From Gammaproteobacteria bacterium RIFCSPHIGHO2_12_FULL_35_23 (GTDB lineage Bacteria; Pseudomonadota; Gammaproteobacteria; UBA12402): a stretch of DNA of 64,000 nucleotides. The notes under the pieces are model-generated. The model did no database searches and was not told the DNA's origin. It saw only the letters and a program-made list of their open reading frames with translations. Both the position numbers and the translations under genes were made by a program. The stretch lies in assembly GCA_001801465.1 (NCBI GenBank), contig MGXT01000014.1, positions 139,376-203,375 on the forward strand, written 5' to 3'. Shown piece by piece: positions 30,816-41,615 of the stretch (the stretch's first letter is position 1; every line of letters begins with the position of its first letter).

Positions 30816-31829
30816 TCAAAACTGCTTTAAAAACCTTAAATCATTTTCAAAAAATATTCTTAAATCATTGATTTTATATTTTAACATTGTTAATCGATCA
30901 AGTCCGACACCAAAAGCATAACCTTGATACTGATTACTATCTATCCCACCAGCTTTAAGCACATTAGGATGCACCATTCCGCAGCCTAACACTTCTAACC
31001 AACCAGTATTAGAACAAACCCGACAACCAACACCAGCACAACTTGTACACTCAATATCTACTTCTGCAGAAGGTTCAGTAAAAGGGAAATACGAGGGTCT
31101 AAATCTTACGTTAATAGTTTTTCCAAAAAAAGCACTTAAAAAACCAATAATAGTTCCCTTGAGATCAGCGAAGCTTACTTGTCTATCAACTAGCAGTCCT
31201 TCCATTTGATGAAACATGGGTGTGTGCGTCACATCAAAATCACAGCGATAAACCCTACCCATGGCAATAATTTTTAATGGTGGTTGAGAATCTTTCATGG
31301 TTCTAATTTGTACAGGTGACATGTGTGTTCTTAATAAGCGCTGATCAGGAAAATAAAAAGTATCTTGCATGGCACGAGCAGGATGACATTCATCCATATT
31401 TAAGGCTGTAAAATTATAAAATTCAGTTTCAATTTCCGGCCCCTCTGCTAAGATAAATCCTTGCTTAGTAAATATTTCAGCCATTGTTTGTTTAACCAAG
31501 CTAACAGGATGCAAAGAACCAAACGATTGTCTGCGTCCTGGTAAGGTAATATCGATTTCTTGCTCTCTCAGCTGTTTATTTAAAACTTCTGCTTGCAAAA
31601 ATTGTAATCGTTCTACTATTAAAGCTTGGATTTTTTCTTTAGCAAGATTCACTTCCTTGCCTAAACGAGGACGATCTGCTTCCGCTACATTACCTAGCTG
31701 TTTAAGTAATTCTGTTAGTTGGCCTTTTTTGCCCAGATACTCTACTTTTATAGCCTCAAGCTGTTTAATATCCTGAGCGTTTTTAATTAAGTTTTCAGCT
31801 TCTGCCGTTATAGTTGCCAAATTAGTCAT
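30816..31829 (-). CDS. pheS: phenylalanine--tRNA ligase alpha
   Basis: [31 protein letters not shown]. Confidence 0.98.
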   Translation of the reverse strand: MTNLATITAEAENLIKNAQDIKQLEAIKVEYLGKKGQLTELLKQLGNVAEADRPRLGKEVNLAKEKIQALIVERLQFLQAEVLNKQLREQEIDITLPGRRQSFGSLHPVSLVKQTMAEIFTKQGFILAEGPEIETEFYNFTALNMDECHPARAMQDTFYFPDQRLLRTHMSPVQIRTMKDSQPPLKIIAMGRVYRCDFDVTHTPMFHQMEGLLVDRQVSFADLKGTIIGFLSAFFGKTINVRFRPSYFPFTEPSAEVDIECTSCAGVGCRVCSNTGWLEVLGCGMVHPNVLKAGGIDSNQYQGYAFGVGLDRLTMLKYKINDLRIFFENDLRFLKQF

Positions 31830-31887
31830 ATTAGGCTCTCAGTTTCAAAAGGACTAGCATACTATATTAAGTAAAGTAACCCCAATA

Positions 31888-31929
31888 AGTAAAGCGCATC
31901 AAGGACTTAATTTCCTGATGCGCTTTACT
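31888..31929 (-). terminator. hairpin terminator after rplT
   Basis: 14-bp inverted repeat AGTAAAGCGCATCA / TGATGCGCTTTACT. Confidence 0.75.
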
Positions 31930-31948
31930 AATTCAATTAGTTTTTAAT

Positions 31949-32308
31949 TTAACCTGCTAAGGCAGATTTTGATTTTTCGACTAGATTAGCAAAAGTAGCT
32001 TTTTCATGAACTGCTAAATCAGCTAACACTTTTCGATCAATTTCAATCGCAGCCTTTTTAAGACCATTAATAAATTGGCTATAAGACATATCATGTTCTC
32101 GAACAGCAGCATTAATGCGAATAATCCATAAGGCTCTAAATTGCCGTTTACGTTGTTTTCTATCACGATAAGCATATTGGGAAGCTTTAATAACTGCCTG
32201 CTTCGCAACTCGATAAACTCGGCTGCGTGCACCATAATAACCCTTAGCTTCTTTTAAAACTTTCTTATGACGCGCTTTTGCAGTCACACCACGTTTAACT
32301 CTTGCCAT
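31949..32308 (-). CDS. rplT: 50S ribosomal protein L20
   Basis: MARVKRGV...[17 protein letters not shown]. Confidence 0.98.
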   Translation of the reverse strand: MARVKRGVTAKARHKKVLKEAKGYYGARSRVYRVAKQAVIKASQYAYRDRKQRKRQFRALWIIRINAAVREHDMSYSQFINGLKKAAIEIDRKVLADLAVHEKATFANLVEKSKSALAG

Positions 32309-32376
32309 GATTTTTCTCCTCTTTTTTTGTGCGCATGGCTATGGCATGCCATGTCTGACACTAAATTTAATAATGA

Positions 32377-32592
32377 TTACCGATCAGCTAGCATTCTTTC
32401 GACTGCTTTTCTATCGCCAGTTGTTGCTAATACAGCATTACCTCGTAACTGTCTTTTGCGCTTTACTGACTTTTTAGTAAGGATATGGCGTTTGTGTGCC
32501 TGTTTATGAACCACCTTACCACTACCGGTTTTTTTGAAGCGCTTGGCTGCGCCACGGATACTCTTTAGTTTAATTTTTACTTTTTTAGCCAT
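32377..32592 (-). CDS. rpmI: 50S ribosomal protein L35
   Basis: [18 protein letters not shown]...HILTKKS.KRKR; GGAG RBS before ATG 32592. Confidence 0.95.
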   Translation of the reverse strand: MAKKVKIKLKSIRGAAKRFKKTGSGKVVHKQAHKRHILTKKSVKRKRQLRGNAVLATTGDRKAVERMLADR

Positions 32593-32663
32593 TTTTTTCT
32601 CCAATTTTTAATTAAACATATTATTAGTAGGGCTGGCTTATGCTCGTCTACTAACTACTTAAA

Positions 32664-33182
32664 TCATGCTTTCTTAGGTGCAAGCACCATAACCATTTGC
32701 CGACCTTCCAATTTCGGCGCTTGTTCAATGATCGCATGAGGTTCAATTTCCGTTTTCAAACGCATCAATAATTGCTCTCCTAAATCTTGATGCATCATTT
32801 CTCGTCCACGGAAACGAACGGTTACTTTAACTTTATTCCCTACTTCTAAGAAGCCGATAATCTTGCGTAATTTTACTAGATAATCGCCATGCTCAGTTAC
32901 GGGTCTAAACTTAATTTCCTTAAGTTGAACTTGTTTTTGATTTTTTTTCGCCGCAGCAGTTTTTTTGCTTAATTGGAATTTGTACTTACCAAAATCCATC
33001 ACTTTGCAAACAGGCGGTTTAGCATTGGGAGAGATTTCTACAAGATCAAGTCCTGCTTCCATCGCTCTATTTAAAGCCTCACGCATAGAAACTACTCCTA
33101 CTTGTGCGCCTTCTGCATCAATTAAACGTACTTCAACTTCCTTGATCTGATGGTTAATCCGAATATTTTTTGGGGTACTAAT
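32664..33182 (-). CDS. infC: translation initiation factor IF-3 (ATT start)
   Basis: Frame extends 32 codons above the ORF-track ATG to ATT 33182 with [34 protein letters not shown]. Confidence 0.96.
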   Translation of the reverse strand: MSTPKNIRINHQIKEVEVRLIDAEGAQVGVVSMREALNRAMEAGLDLVEISPNAKPPVCKVMDFGKYKFQLSKKTAAAKKNQKQVQLKEIKFRPVTEHGDYLVKLRKIIGFLEVGNKVKVTVRFRGREMMHQDLGEQLLMRLKTEIEPHAIIEQAPKLEGRQMVMVLAPKKA

Positions 33183-33185
33183 ACC

Positions 33186-33511
33186 TTAAGCCTCCTCTAT
33201 TACAGCACTTATCAACCTACCTTTTTTATTAACAGCTTGATAAGCAAATCTGAAGCTAGGCAATTCCATAATGCCTAAATCTTCTCCCGTTCTTATCTTA
33301 TCCAAGTAGCTAGCATCTAATTCCTGATCACCAACTAAAATGGGCAAGGCATATCTTAAAAAGTATGCCCGCGGATTTTAAAGCCAATCCTCTTGTTTCT
33401 CAAGTCACAATTTGCTCTAAATCACTGTTTTTTCAATAATAGCACCAATTATTGTGCAATTTTTGCCCTAGCGCTGATAATAACCATAACTGTGGCGTAT
33501 ATTGGCACCCA
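33186..33511 (-). pseudogene. thrS: decayed 3' remnant of threonine--tRNA ligase (anticodon-binding domain)
   Basis: Translates to ...FRANCDLRNKRIGFKIRGHTF*...ILVGDQELD...RTGEDLGIM... with three stops and a frameshift; lies immediately upstream of infC. Confidence 0.85.
33375..33403 (-). promoter_or_regulatory. infC operon promoter embedded in thrS remnant
   Basis: TTGAGA-N17-TAAAAT within the DLRN..IGFKI codons. Confidence 0.75.
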
Positions 33512-33529
33512 TCTTTTCTTTACTAGTCA

Positions 33530-34330
33530 TCAAACCTTAACTCCCGCAGCTAAAATATTTCGATAAAATCCTGCTATTGCATCGGATTGTTCAAAGGCTT
33601 CTAAACCTTGAATATATCGCTGGTAATTTTTTTCATCCATTAACTTTAGCAGCTGATCTTTCGCATTGGTAGAACCTATTCGCATCACACTCTTTTCTTC
33701 TGGTGTTTTCATAATAGGTTGATTCGCCATTATCTGAATATTGCTTAAACCAAGTTTGCCATATAAATGAAAAAGCTGATTTCCTAAATCAAGACAAAAT
33801 TTATTTTTTTTAAAGAACTGTTCACTTATTTTAAACCACTCAGCAACAACGGGTGTTGCTGGATAACTGAAATATCCTTCACCAACATTAGAAGCAGTTT
33901 CATAACTTAAAATTCCGCCTGATTTCAATACCGATAAAATATTTTGAAAAATAGAATGTTGATCAGGTAGAAAAGAAATTACCCAACGTCCATAAGCAAA
34001 ATCAAATTGCTGGTTTAATGTTGCAAGATCGCGTACATCTAAACAAAGAAACTCAATATTATTAATGCCTTTATTTTTAGCTTTTTCACTAGATAATTTA
34101 ATTTGTGCCGAACTATTATCAATAGCAACTACTTTACCTTTCTTCCCTATCTGATTAGCCAACCAACATGCCATATCACCTGTGCCGCAACCAACCTCAA
34201 GTACTGTCATACCCTGTTTTAAACCATTTTGAGTTAAGAAATACTGGGTAATTGGATTATACATTCGATTAAGTATTTCTAAGCGTTGCCGATCAGTCTC
34301 ACCAACTGCTAATATATACTCTTGGCTCAT
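33530..34330 (-). CDS. class I SAM-dependent methyltransferase
   Basis: VLEVGCGTG, AIDNS, FDFAYGRW, LKSGG. Confidence 0.9.
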   Translation of the reverse strand: MSQEYILAVGETDRQRLEILNRMYNPITQYFLTQNGLKQGMTVLEVGCGTGDMACWLANQIGKKGKVVAIDNSSAQIKLSSEKAKNKGINNIEFLCLDVRDLATLNQQFDFAYGRWVISFLPDQHSIFQNILSVLKSGGILSYETASNVGEGYFSYPATPVVAEWFKISEQFFKKNKFCLDLGNQLFHLYGKLGLSNIQIMANQPIMKTPEEKSVMRIGSTNAKDQLLKLMDEKNYQRYIQGLEAFEQSDAIAGFYRNILAAGVKV

Positions 34331-34462
34331 AATTTTTATTTTCCTACTTTTTCACTACTTGTATTTAAATCATTTATTTTTTTAACCTACATAAATGATG
34401 CTATACCAAAGCAAGTTTCAATATAATATTTTGTTTTTTATAGGTTTATCAGAGAGTTTAAT

Positions 34463-34537
34463 TGGTAGGCACGATTGGGTTTGAACCAACGACCCCCACC
34501 ATGTCAAGGTGATGCTCTACCACTGAGCTACGTGCCT
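34463..34537 (-). tRNA. tRNA-Val(GAC)
   Basis: AGGCACGTAGCTCAGTGGTAGAGCATCACCTT-GAC-ATGGTGGGGGTCGTTGGTTCAAACCCAATCGTGCCTACCA. Confidence 0.97.
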
Positions 34538-34750
34538 ACAATTCCTCTTTTTGAAGAGCTGGAAAGATAGCACTAGTTCAATCAATGAGCAAGTTTTTTT
34601 ATAAAAAAATCAATAAGATCAACCGCTAACCTATAGCCACTCTCCTATATTTAAGTTATTATCCGCACCTAACCCTAATAAAATAACAACTCTAACAATA
34701 AAGTTTCAAAATTAAGAATAGTATACGGGTAATGAATAAAAGAGGTTTAT

Positions 34751-35536
34751 GTGGCAATCAATTTTCCAATGACTAGAAATACTAATGAAGCAACCTTCAT
34801 TATTGATATCACTAAATCTCCAGAAATTATTGATCAAGCTTTTAGCCTACGTTATAAAGTTTTTAATTTAGAATTAGGCGAAGGTTTAGAAAGCTCTCAC
34901 AAAACTCAACGCGATACAGACCAGTTTGACCCCTTTTGTGATCACTTGGTAGTAATCGATCAACAAAAAAATTTAGTGGTTGGCACGTATCGCATCATGC
35001 GTTATGAAAATGCAGTAAAACACATAGGTTTTTATTCGGAAACAGAATTTGATTTAACCAATGTCTATAAAAATCTTATTGATTCAGCAGAAATGGGTCG
35101 TTGCTGTGTTCACCCTGAATACCGAAGTGGACTGGTTATGAATTTATTATGGTATGGTTTAGCTAATTATATGGAATTATATAAAATTAAGTTTTTATTT
35201 GGTTGTACCTCTTTAAATAAAGGTGATACCCATGAGCAAGCTTCGTTAATCTATAAAATTTGTCAGGAAATCAATACCGTAGCAGAGGAAAGCATGAGCG
35301 TCAAACCACAACCAGGATTTGCTGTAAGAGGTTTTGATCGCGATATTATTCTCCCTAAAATTAGTGGCAATTTTAAGCGCCTACTCCCGAGTTTATTACG
35401 TGGCTATCTTAGTGTTGGTGTGAAGATTTGTGGTGAACCTGCTTATGATCCTGAATTTGAAGTTATCGATTTCTTTACTGTCTTTAACTATGGCGGTATT
35501 TCCAAGGCAGCAAAACGATTTTTTGCAAAATCCTAA
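34751..35536 (+). CDS. GNAT N-acyltransferase, ornithine-lipid OlsB-like
   Basis: LRYKVF.LELG, DQFDPFCDHL, VGTYR, FYSETEF, EMGRCCVHPEYR, PSLLRGYL..G.KICGEPA.D. Confidence 0.85.
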   Translation: MAINFPMTRNTNEATFIIDITKSPEIIDQAFSLRYKVFNLELGEGLESSHKTQRDTDQFDPFCDHLVVIDQQKNLVVGTYRIMRYENAVKHIGFYSETEFDLTNVYKNLIDSAEMGRCCVHPEYRSGLVMNLLWYGLANYMELYKIKFLFGCTSLNKGDTHEQASLIYKICQEINTVAEESMSVKPQPGFAVRGFDRDIILPKISGNFKRLLPSLLRGYLSVGVKICGEPAYDPEFEVIDFFTVFNYGGISKAAKRFFAKS

Positions 35537-35807
35537 TATCACAAAAGACCAAGACTTCCTTTTCCTGATCTTCTGCTACAAAAAATCGTTCTTATTATCT
35601 TGTTATCAGCTACTACATAAATTTACTTTCTTACTACTTATTATTAATTGTAATCAAGAATTCTAGATTTTCAATTTTATTGATCAGTATTTGAGCGAAT
35701 ATTGCTTGTGATAAAAGGGAGGATATTTTTTAAGATAATTCTGATTGCCTTATTTAAGAATAATAAACATTTAGTTACAATCGTTGTTTCAATCCTACAC
35801 GAGCAAC

Positions 35808-37055
35808 ATGATGAAAATTAATTTAAGACCCTGGTTTATTTGGGGCTTAGGGGCTGCATTTTTCTTTATAGAATATTTCGCGCGTATTGCCCCTAGTATT
35901 ATGGCGCCAGACCTAATGCGTACTTTCAATGTAACTGCTTTTGGCTTAGGAAGTTTATCCGCTTATTTCTATACCTCGTATTTAGGTATGCAAATTCCGG
36001 TTGGTATGCTGATTGATAAATATGGTTTACATAAATTATTAACAATTTCTGCTTTTATTTGTTTTCTATCTTGTATAGGTTTTGCTGTTGCAACTAATCT
36101 TCATGTCGCTGAATTATGCCGTTTTACCCTAGGGTTTGGTGCAGCCTTTGCTTTTGTTAGCGCTTTAAAATTGGCATTAATTGGTTTACCACAACGTTGG
36201 TTTGGTCTTTTAGCAGGTATTACCCAAGCTTTAGGAATGCTGGGTGCTTCAGTAGGAGACGGGCCTATGTCAATTATTGTTGTCCACTATGGCTGGCGTT
36301 TTACAATGGGTAGCATAGGTTTTATTTTCTTAATCTTAAGCATATTAATTTTTATTTTTGTACGTGATAAAAAAAATATTCAGAAAAATTTTTCTTATCT
36401 CGCGCCTAAACTTTGGCATAGTTTTATTAAAGTAGTCGAAAACAAACACTGTTGGTTTAATGCAGCATTTGCTGGGCTCATCTATGCTCCTACTGCTGCC
36501 TTTGCTGAACTCTGGGGAGTCAGTTTCTTGTCACAAGGTTATCAACTAACTCAAGAAAAAGCTGCTTTTGCTGTAGGATTAATTTTTATTGGCTGGGGGG
36601 TCGGTGGACCGTTAGCTGGCTGGATTTCTGACCGGATTGGTAAACGCAAACCTATCATGAAAGTCTCTGGCTTGTGCGGAGTCATTCTTTTATCACTTCT
36701 CATCTACTATCCCAACCTATCGACTGGCATAATATGTTTATTATTGTTTTTATATGGTTTCACCAATACTGGTCTGGTTGCCTCTTATGCCGTAGCAGGT
36801 GAAATTTGTACCAAACAAGTAGCGGGTACGTCGCTTGCTTTTGCTAATATTGCATCCGTTTTGATTGGCGCTGTTTTTCAACCGTTGATTGGCAGAATAC
36901 TTGATTTACATTGGCAACAAACCCTAGTTAATGGGGTACGAATCTATTCGCTTGCCGATTATCGTATGGCTTTATTTGCACTACCTGCATGCTCCTTACT
37001 AAGTTTACTTGTATTAACTTTTGTTAAAGAAACTTATTGTAACCCAATTGAGTAA
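35808..37055 (+). CDS. MFS transporter (Pht phagosomal transporter-like)
   Basis: About 12 TM segments; MQIPVGMLIDKYG, FAELWG, GWISDRIGKRKP. Confidence 0.88.
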   Translation: MMKINLRPWFIWGLGAAFFFIEYFARIAPSIMAPDLMRTFNVTAFGLGSLSAYFYTSYLGMQIPVGMLIDKYGLHKLLTISAFICFLSCIGFAVATNLHVAELCRFTLGFGAAFAFVSALKLALIGLPQRWFGLLAGITQALGMLGASVGDGPMSIIVVHYGWRFTMGSIGFIFLILSILIFIFVRDKKNIQKNFSYLAPKLWHSFIKVVENKHCWFNAAFAGLIYAPTAAFAELWGVSFLSQGYQLTQEKAAFAVGLIFIGWGVGGPLAGWISDRIGKRKPIMKVSGLCGVILLSLLIYYPNLSTGIICLLLFLYGFTNTGLVASYAVAGEICTKQVAGTSLAFANIASVLIGAVFQPLIGRILDLHWQQTLVNGVRIYSLADYRMALFALPACSLLSLLVLTFVKETYCNPIE

Positions 37056-37056
37056 A

Positions 37057-38280
37057 TCAATGTCCTAAATTAGATTTATTGCTACCTACTACATCTTGTT
37101 GAAAAAATAACGCAGCAGCCGTTAAAGCAAAAACTAATACCACTACTGCTGGCACAAAAAATTGGAACCGACTACAAACTGAAGCTGGTTCATGGCTAGA
37201 AGCCAAAATACGTGCGCGACTCTCTAGTTGATAATCAAGCACAATAGGTATACTTACCAACCCTAAAAGCATTTGCAATCTCGCAAAATAAGTATCCTTT
37301 TCAACCCCATCAAAAAAGCTTTCTACTCTTAATTTAAAAGTGATTGTTGGTATTGCTCTTAAATCTTCTGCTGCTTGAAATTTTTGGCGAATAGAATCAA
37401 ATACAAAAACAATCCCATATTTTAAATGTCCTTTGGCTTCCACACTTAACTCAAAACAATCAATTCGTTTATAAATCTCTAAAAGCAGTTGAAAATCTGC
37501 AAAATATCTGCGCGCTATTTCACATTCAATTTTTACAACTCTTGCAATTCTTTGTAAAGAAGATAGAGGTAATATTTCTGACGGTGTTTCCAAATATGTT
37601 ATTAGCTCTCTTTGAATCACCTCGGGTCTTAAGTCAACATTAATCAAATGAGATCGTAATGGATAGGGAGGAATTTTTGGATGTTGCCACATGCTTGAGT
37701 TTAAAAAAGGATACTTATCTTGTCTATCTGTGGCTTCTGGATGATATTCATCTTGTGCAAACAAAAAAACGAACCTATAGTTATCCAATAGAGATAAGTC
37801 TCCCTTTTCTAAGGCATAGTTAATTAACTGATGCTGAATTCCAAAATGACTACGACCTAAAACCACAATTATATTTTCATTTCTAGTTGCCGAAATTAAA
37901 CGCTGCCTTTCAATTTCCTGCAGCATAATTCTCTCTCTATGTGCAGCAATTTTAGGTTGTAAAGTCATTAAATTCTTTTCTCTGGTTTCTTTTATCCTTA
38001 GTTCTTCTGTCAAAGCAAGATCAATAGGAACAATTGCCAGGTGCCTTCGATTAAGTTGAGTCATACTATGCTGATAATAACTAGCAGCATCAATTAAATA
38101 ATCATACTCTCTTCCCTCTACTAAAGGATTACCTCTATGCAACCCCAGTAAGGCGTTTAAATCAAATTCTACAGCAAATTTTGTATAGTCTTTTTCAATA
38201 AGATGCGTGGCTGTGGCATAAATAAATTGTCGAGTTAAAGGCTTACTATGAAATTCAAAAACAATCAAAACTTTACTCAT
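37057..38280 (-). CDS. hypothetical protein, possible ChaN/EreA/TIKI-fold domain with C-terminal TM
   Basis: VFEFH, AVE, RERIM, VVLGRSH; hydrophobic C-terminal helix. Confidence 0.5.
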   Translation of the reverse strand: MSKVLIVFEFHSKPLTRQFIYATATHLIEKDYTKFAVEFDLNALLGLHRGNPLVEGREYDYLIDAASYYQHSMTQLNRRHLAIVPIDLALTEELRIKETREKNLMTLQPKIAAHRERIMLQEIERQRLISATRNENIIVVLGRSHFGIQHQLINYALEKGDLSLLDNYRFVFLFAQDEYHPEATDRQDKYPFLNSSMWQHPKIPPYPLRSHLINVDLRPEVIQRELITYLETPSEILPLSSLQRIARVVKIECEIARRYFADFQLLLEIYKRIDCFELSVEAKGHLKYGIVFVFDSIRQKFQAAEDLRAIPTITFKLRVESFFDGVEKDTYFARLQMLLGLVSIPIVLDYQLESRARILASSHEPASVCSRFQFFVPAVVVLVFALTAAALFFQQDVVGSNKSNLGH

Positions 38281-38384
38281 TTTAAACCCTTACCAGATAA
38301 TAATTTTTATCATTTATTACTAGAATTTATCGCTAGACAAAGAAAAGAATTTTTATTTTACTTTTTATTAATTTAAAATGCAAA

Positions 38385-38411
38385 TAAAGCCATTAAAATT
38401 AAATGGCTTTA
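38385..38411 (-). terminator. hairpin downstream of uvrB-hydrolase unit
   Basis: TAAAGCCATT / AATGGCTTTA inverted repeat. Confidence 0.5.
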
Positions 38412-38457
38412 AATTAAAATAATAAATAACTTCCTGATTAAATAAAAATTTTCTAAT

Positions 38458-39477
38458 TTAAATGTGTTTAAAAAATTGATAAAAAGCATTCATGAATTTA
38501 ATCATGTCTATCATATATGATAGTTTAAATTGAAAATCAGCGTGCTCAAGAATAGGAGTAATTAACATGGTAGCTTGCTTGCCATATTCTTTTAATTGTT
38601 GATAAAGTAAAACTGTTTCCAAGGTTGGTAACACATTATCCTCTGCGCTATGAATTAAGGTAGTATAACAACGAAGTCCGCGCATATCATAAGCAGCAGT
38701 CATTTTGTTATGAATATTTTCAATTAGATGTTGATAATCAGTACTCAAATCACGCTCTAATTCTACTGCCTCAATGAAAGTAGCTAATTGCTCTCTAGCT
38801 TCTCCAGTTAAGGTTAATAAAAATTGCTTTGTTCTTTGTAAACCATTTTCATCAAATTCATCGTCAATGGCTAGATCCAACCCTATTCTTAACGTTTCAT
38901 TTAGTTCATCGTTCATATGTAGTAAACTTTTTATTGCTATATACTTTGCATAACGATCGTGGGATTTAGTTTTAAGTATGTTAGTAAAGGTCGTTCTGGG
39001 ATTAAAACATATTCCTACTGAACAGATACTCGTCACTAATGACGCCACCTCAACATTAGCTGCAGCACGGATACTATGGGTTCCTGAAAGAGAGGCCGTA
39101 AAAATTCCGACTTTGCCTGACTCAGAGAGTGTTTTATCTTGGGCTATCAGTTTAATGGTGTCTACAATTTCATCTACTGAACGTAAATCGACATAGTACT
39201 CGGCAATAAGTTGGTAGGTAGGCGCCACTGCTCGATAATTAGCTAACGCCGCCGCTTTACATAAAGCCATCATTCGGGGATCTTTATTACCATATTTATT
39301 CATCCCATGTACAAATAAAATAGTACCTTTATATTTTTTAGGATTAATTGGCTGATAAACATCCGTTTGAAAATCTTCTCCAAATCTACTTTTTATTGCG
39401 ACTTGATCAATAACAAGTAGTTTATTACTATTTTGAATAGCCGCTATTAAAAACTTAATAGTATCTAAAAACTTCAT
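38458..39477 (-). CDS. alpha/beta hydrolase-fold protein
   Basis: VHGMN, TASLSG elbow, [12 protein letters not shown]; overlaps the uvrB stop codon (ATGA). Confidence 0.65.
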   Translation of the reverse strand: MKFLDTIKFLIAAIQNSNKLLVIDQVAIKSRFGEDFQTDVYQPINPKKYKGTILFVHGMNKYGNKDPRMMALCKAAALANYRAVAPTYQLIAEYYVDLRSVDEIVDTIKLIAQDKTLSESGKVGIFTASLSGTHSIRAAANVEVASLVTSICSVGICFNPRTTFTNILKTKSHDRYAKYIAIKSLLHMNDELNETLRIGLDLAIDDEFDENGLQRTKQFLLTLTGEAREQLATFIEAVELERDLSTDYQHLIENIHNKMTAAYDMRGLRCYTTLIHSAEDNVLPTLETVLLYQQLKEYGKQATMLITPILEHADFQFKLSYMIDMIKFMNAFYQFFKHI

Positions 39478-41474
39478 TTTGAAAACGCCAATTGCTCATT
39501 GAGTTCCGAGATTAAATCTCGAAGTTGTGCAGCTTCTTCAAACTCTAAATTTCCGGCATGCTTATACATTTTCTTTTCCAAACGATCAATTTCCTTCACC
39601 AATTCAATGGCAGACATAGTAGCATATTGCTTTTGTGGTTCTAGTATTTTTAATTTTTTCCGACCTTTTTCTACTCTAGCACCTTCCATAATATCTTCAA
39701 TTTTCTTTTTAATCCCCTTGGGGGTAATATGATGTTCCAAATTATAAGCTAATTGCTTATTTCTGCGTCTTTCAGTTTCTTCTAACGCCCGCTTTATTGA
39801 ACCAGTTATGCTATCTGCATAAAGAATAGCCTTACCATTAATATGCCTGGCTGCCCGACCAATGGTCTGAATTAATGATTGTGTTGAACGTAAAAAACCC
39901 TCTTTGTCAGCATCTAAGATAGCTACTAAAGAAACTTCTGGTAGATCCAATCCCTCTCTGAGCAAATTAATTCCAATCAATACATCAAATTCTCCTAACC
40001 GTAAGTCTCTTAAAATTTCTACTCGCTCCACAGTTTCAATATCTGAATGCAGATAACGTACTTTTACTCCATGATCAGCAAAATATTCTGCTAAATCTTC
40101 AGCCATTCTTTTTGTTAAAGTTGTAACCAACACTCTTTCATCATTACCTACTCGTTTATTAATTTCTGATAATAAGTCATCAACTTGAGTCGCAACGGGT
40201 CTTATTTCTACTTCTGGATCAACTAACCCAGTAGGTCTTACTACTTGTTCAATTACTTTGGCAGCATGTTCTGCCTCATAGGGACCTGGGGTTGCTGAAA
40301 CAAACACTGTTTGCGGAGAGCGCCCAACAAATTCTTCAAATTTTAGCGGACGATTATCTAGTGCAGAAGGTAAGCGAAATCCATATTCGACTAAGGTTTC
40401 TTTACGAGAGCGATCTCCTCGATACATAGCATGGAGTTGTGGTACCGTCACATGTGATTCATCAATAATTAATAGGGCATTATCAGATAAATAATCAAAT
40501 AAGGTCGGAGGGGCCTCTCCTGCTTGTCTGCCTGAAAGATAGCGAGAATAGTTCTCTATACCAGAGCAGTAACCTAACTCTACCATCATTTCCATATCAT
40601 AAGTGGTACGCTCTTCTAACCGCTGCGCTTCTACTAATTTATTTAATTTTCGTAGCATAGCTAACCGCTCTTTAAGTTCAACTTTAATATGTTCAACAGT
40701 TTCTAATACTCTTTGTCTAGGTGTTGCATAATGCGTTTTTGGGAAAATGGTAACACGGGGAAGCTTTTGAATAATATGTCCAGTTAAAGGATCAAAGGAC
40801 ATAATATTATCTACTTCTTCATCGAATAGTTCAATGCGTATAGCATCACGATTAGAATCTGCTGGAAAAATATCAATGACATCACCATTGACTCGATAAT
40901 TTCCTCGGTGTAACTCAGTTTGATTACGGGTATATTGCAATTCTGCTAAACGTCTTAATAATTTCCGTTGATCAATCTGCTCTCCGCGTGATAAATGTAA
41001 TACCATGCTTAAGTAAGCTTCTGGATCTCCCAAACCATAAATTGATGATACCGTTGCAACAATAATGGTATCAGGACGCTCTAATAATGCTTTAGTGGCA
41101 GAAAGGCGCATTTGTTCTATATGTTCATTAATCGAGGCATCTTTTTCAATATAAGTATTGCTCGATGGGACATAGGCTTCAGGTTGATAGTAATCATAAT
41201 ATGAAACAAAATACTCAACTGCATTGTCTGGAAAAAATGATTTCATTTCTCCGTAAAGTTGAGCTGCTAAAGTTTTGTTAGGCGCTAAAATCATAGCGGG
41301 TCTTTGTAATGCCTCAATCACATGAGCCATAGTAAAGGTTTTGCCTGACCCTGTTACACCTAGTAAAGTTTGATAAGCTAGGCCTTCTTGTATACCTGCA
41401 ATGAGTTCTTTAATTGCGACAGGCTGATCGCCTGCCGGAGAAAATTTTGATTTAACTTTTAATTCTTTATTCAT
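39474..41474 (-). CDS. uvrB: excinuclease ABC subunit B
   Basis: [27 protein letters not shown]-terminal UVR domain. Confidence 0.99.
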   Translation of the reverse strand: MNKELKVKSKFSPAGDQPVAIKELIAGIQEGLAYQTLLGVTGSGKTFTMAHVIEALQRPAMILAPNKTLAAQLYGEMKSFFPDNAVEYFVSYYDYYQPEAYVPSSNTYIEKDASINEHIEQMRLSATKALLERPDTIIVATVSSIYGLGDPEAYLSMVLHLSRGEQIDQRKLLRRLAELQYTRNQTELHRGNYRVNGDVIDIFPADSNRDAIRIELFDEEVDNIMSFDPLTGHIIQKLPRVTIFPKTHYATPRQRVLETVEHIKVELKERLAMLRKLNKLVEAQRLEERTTYDMEMMVELGYCSGIENYSRYLSGRQAGEAPPTLFDYLSDNALLIIDESHVTVPQLHAMYRGDRSRKETLVEYGFRLPSALDNRPLKFEEFVGRSPQTVFVSATPGPYEAEHAAKVIEQVVRPTGLVDPEVEIRPVATQVDDLLSEINKRVGNDERVLVTTLTKRMAEDLAEYFADHGVKVRYLHSDIETVERVEILRDLRLGEFDVLIGINLLREGLDLPEVSLVAILDADKEGFLRSTQSLIQTIGRAARHINGKAILYADSITGSIKRALEETERRRNKQLAYNLEHHITPKGIKKKIEDIMEGARVEKGRKKLKILEPQKQYATMSAIELVKEIDRLEKKMYKHAGNLEFEEAAQLRDLISELNEQLAFSK

Positions 41475-41615
41475 TGTTATTAATACAACCTACTCATTCT
41501 ATAATTCTAAGGACTTGATCCTTTTTACCCTATCTTTTTAATATAATAAGACAACATTGCATTATATCCTATTTTCAATTAATGTTTGCTTATAAAATCT
41601 GGCTCTGGAGACCAT

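Noticed and set aside
31830..31948. pheM leader/attenuator
   Set aside because: No Phe-rich leader peptide seen; only a simple hairpin
32624..32654. Hairpin between infC and rpmI as an L20 autoregulatory element
   Set aside because: Imperfect stem is visible, but the long-range pairing could not be verified
28398..33150. Short alternative or antisense ORFs over pheT, rplT, rpmI and infC
   Set aside because: Shadows of conserved housekeeping genes
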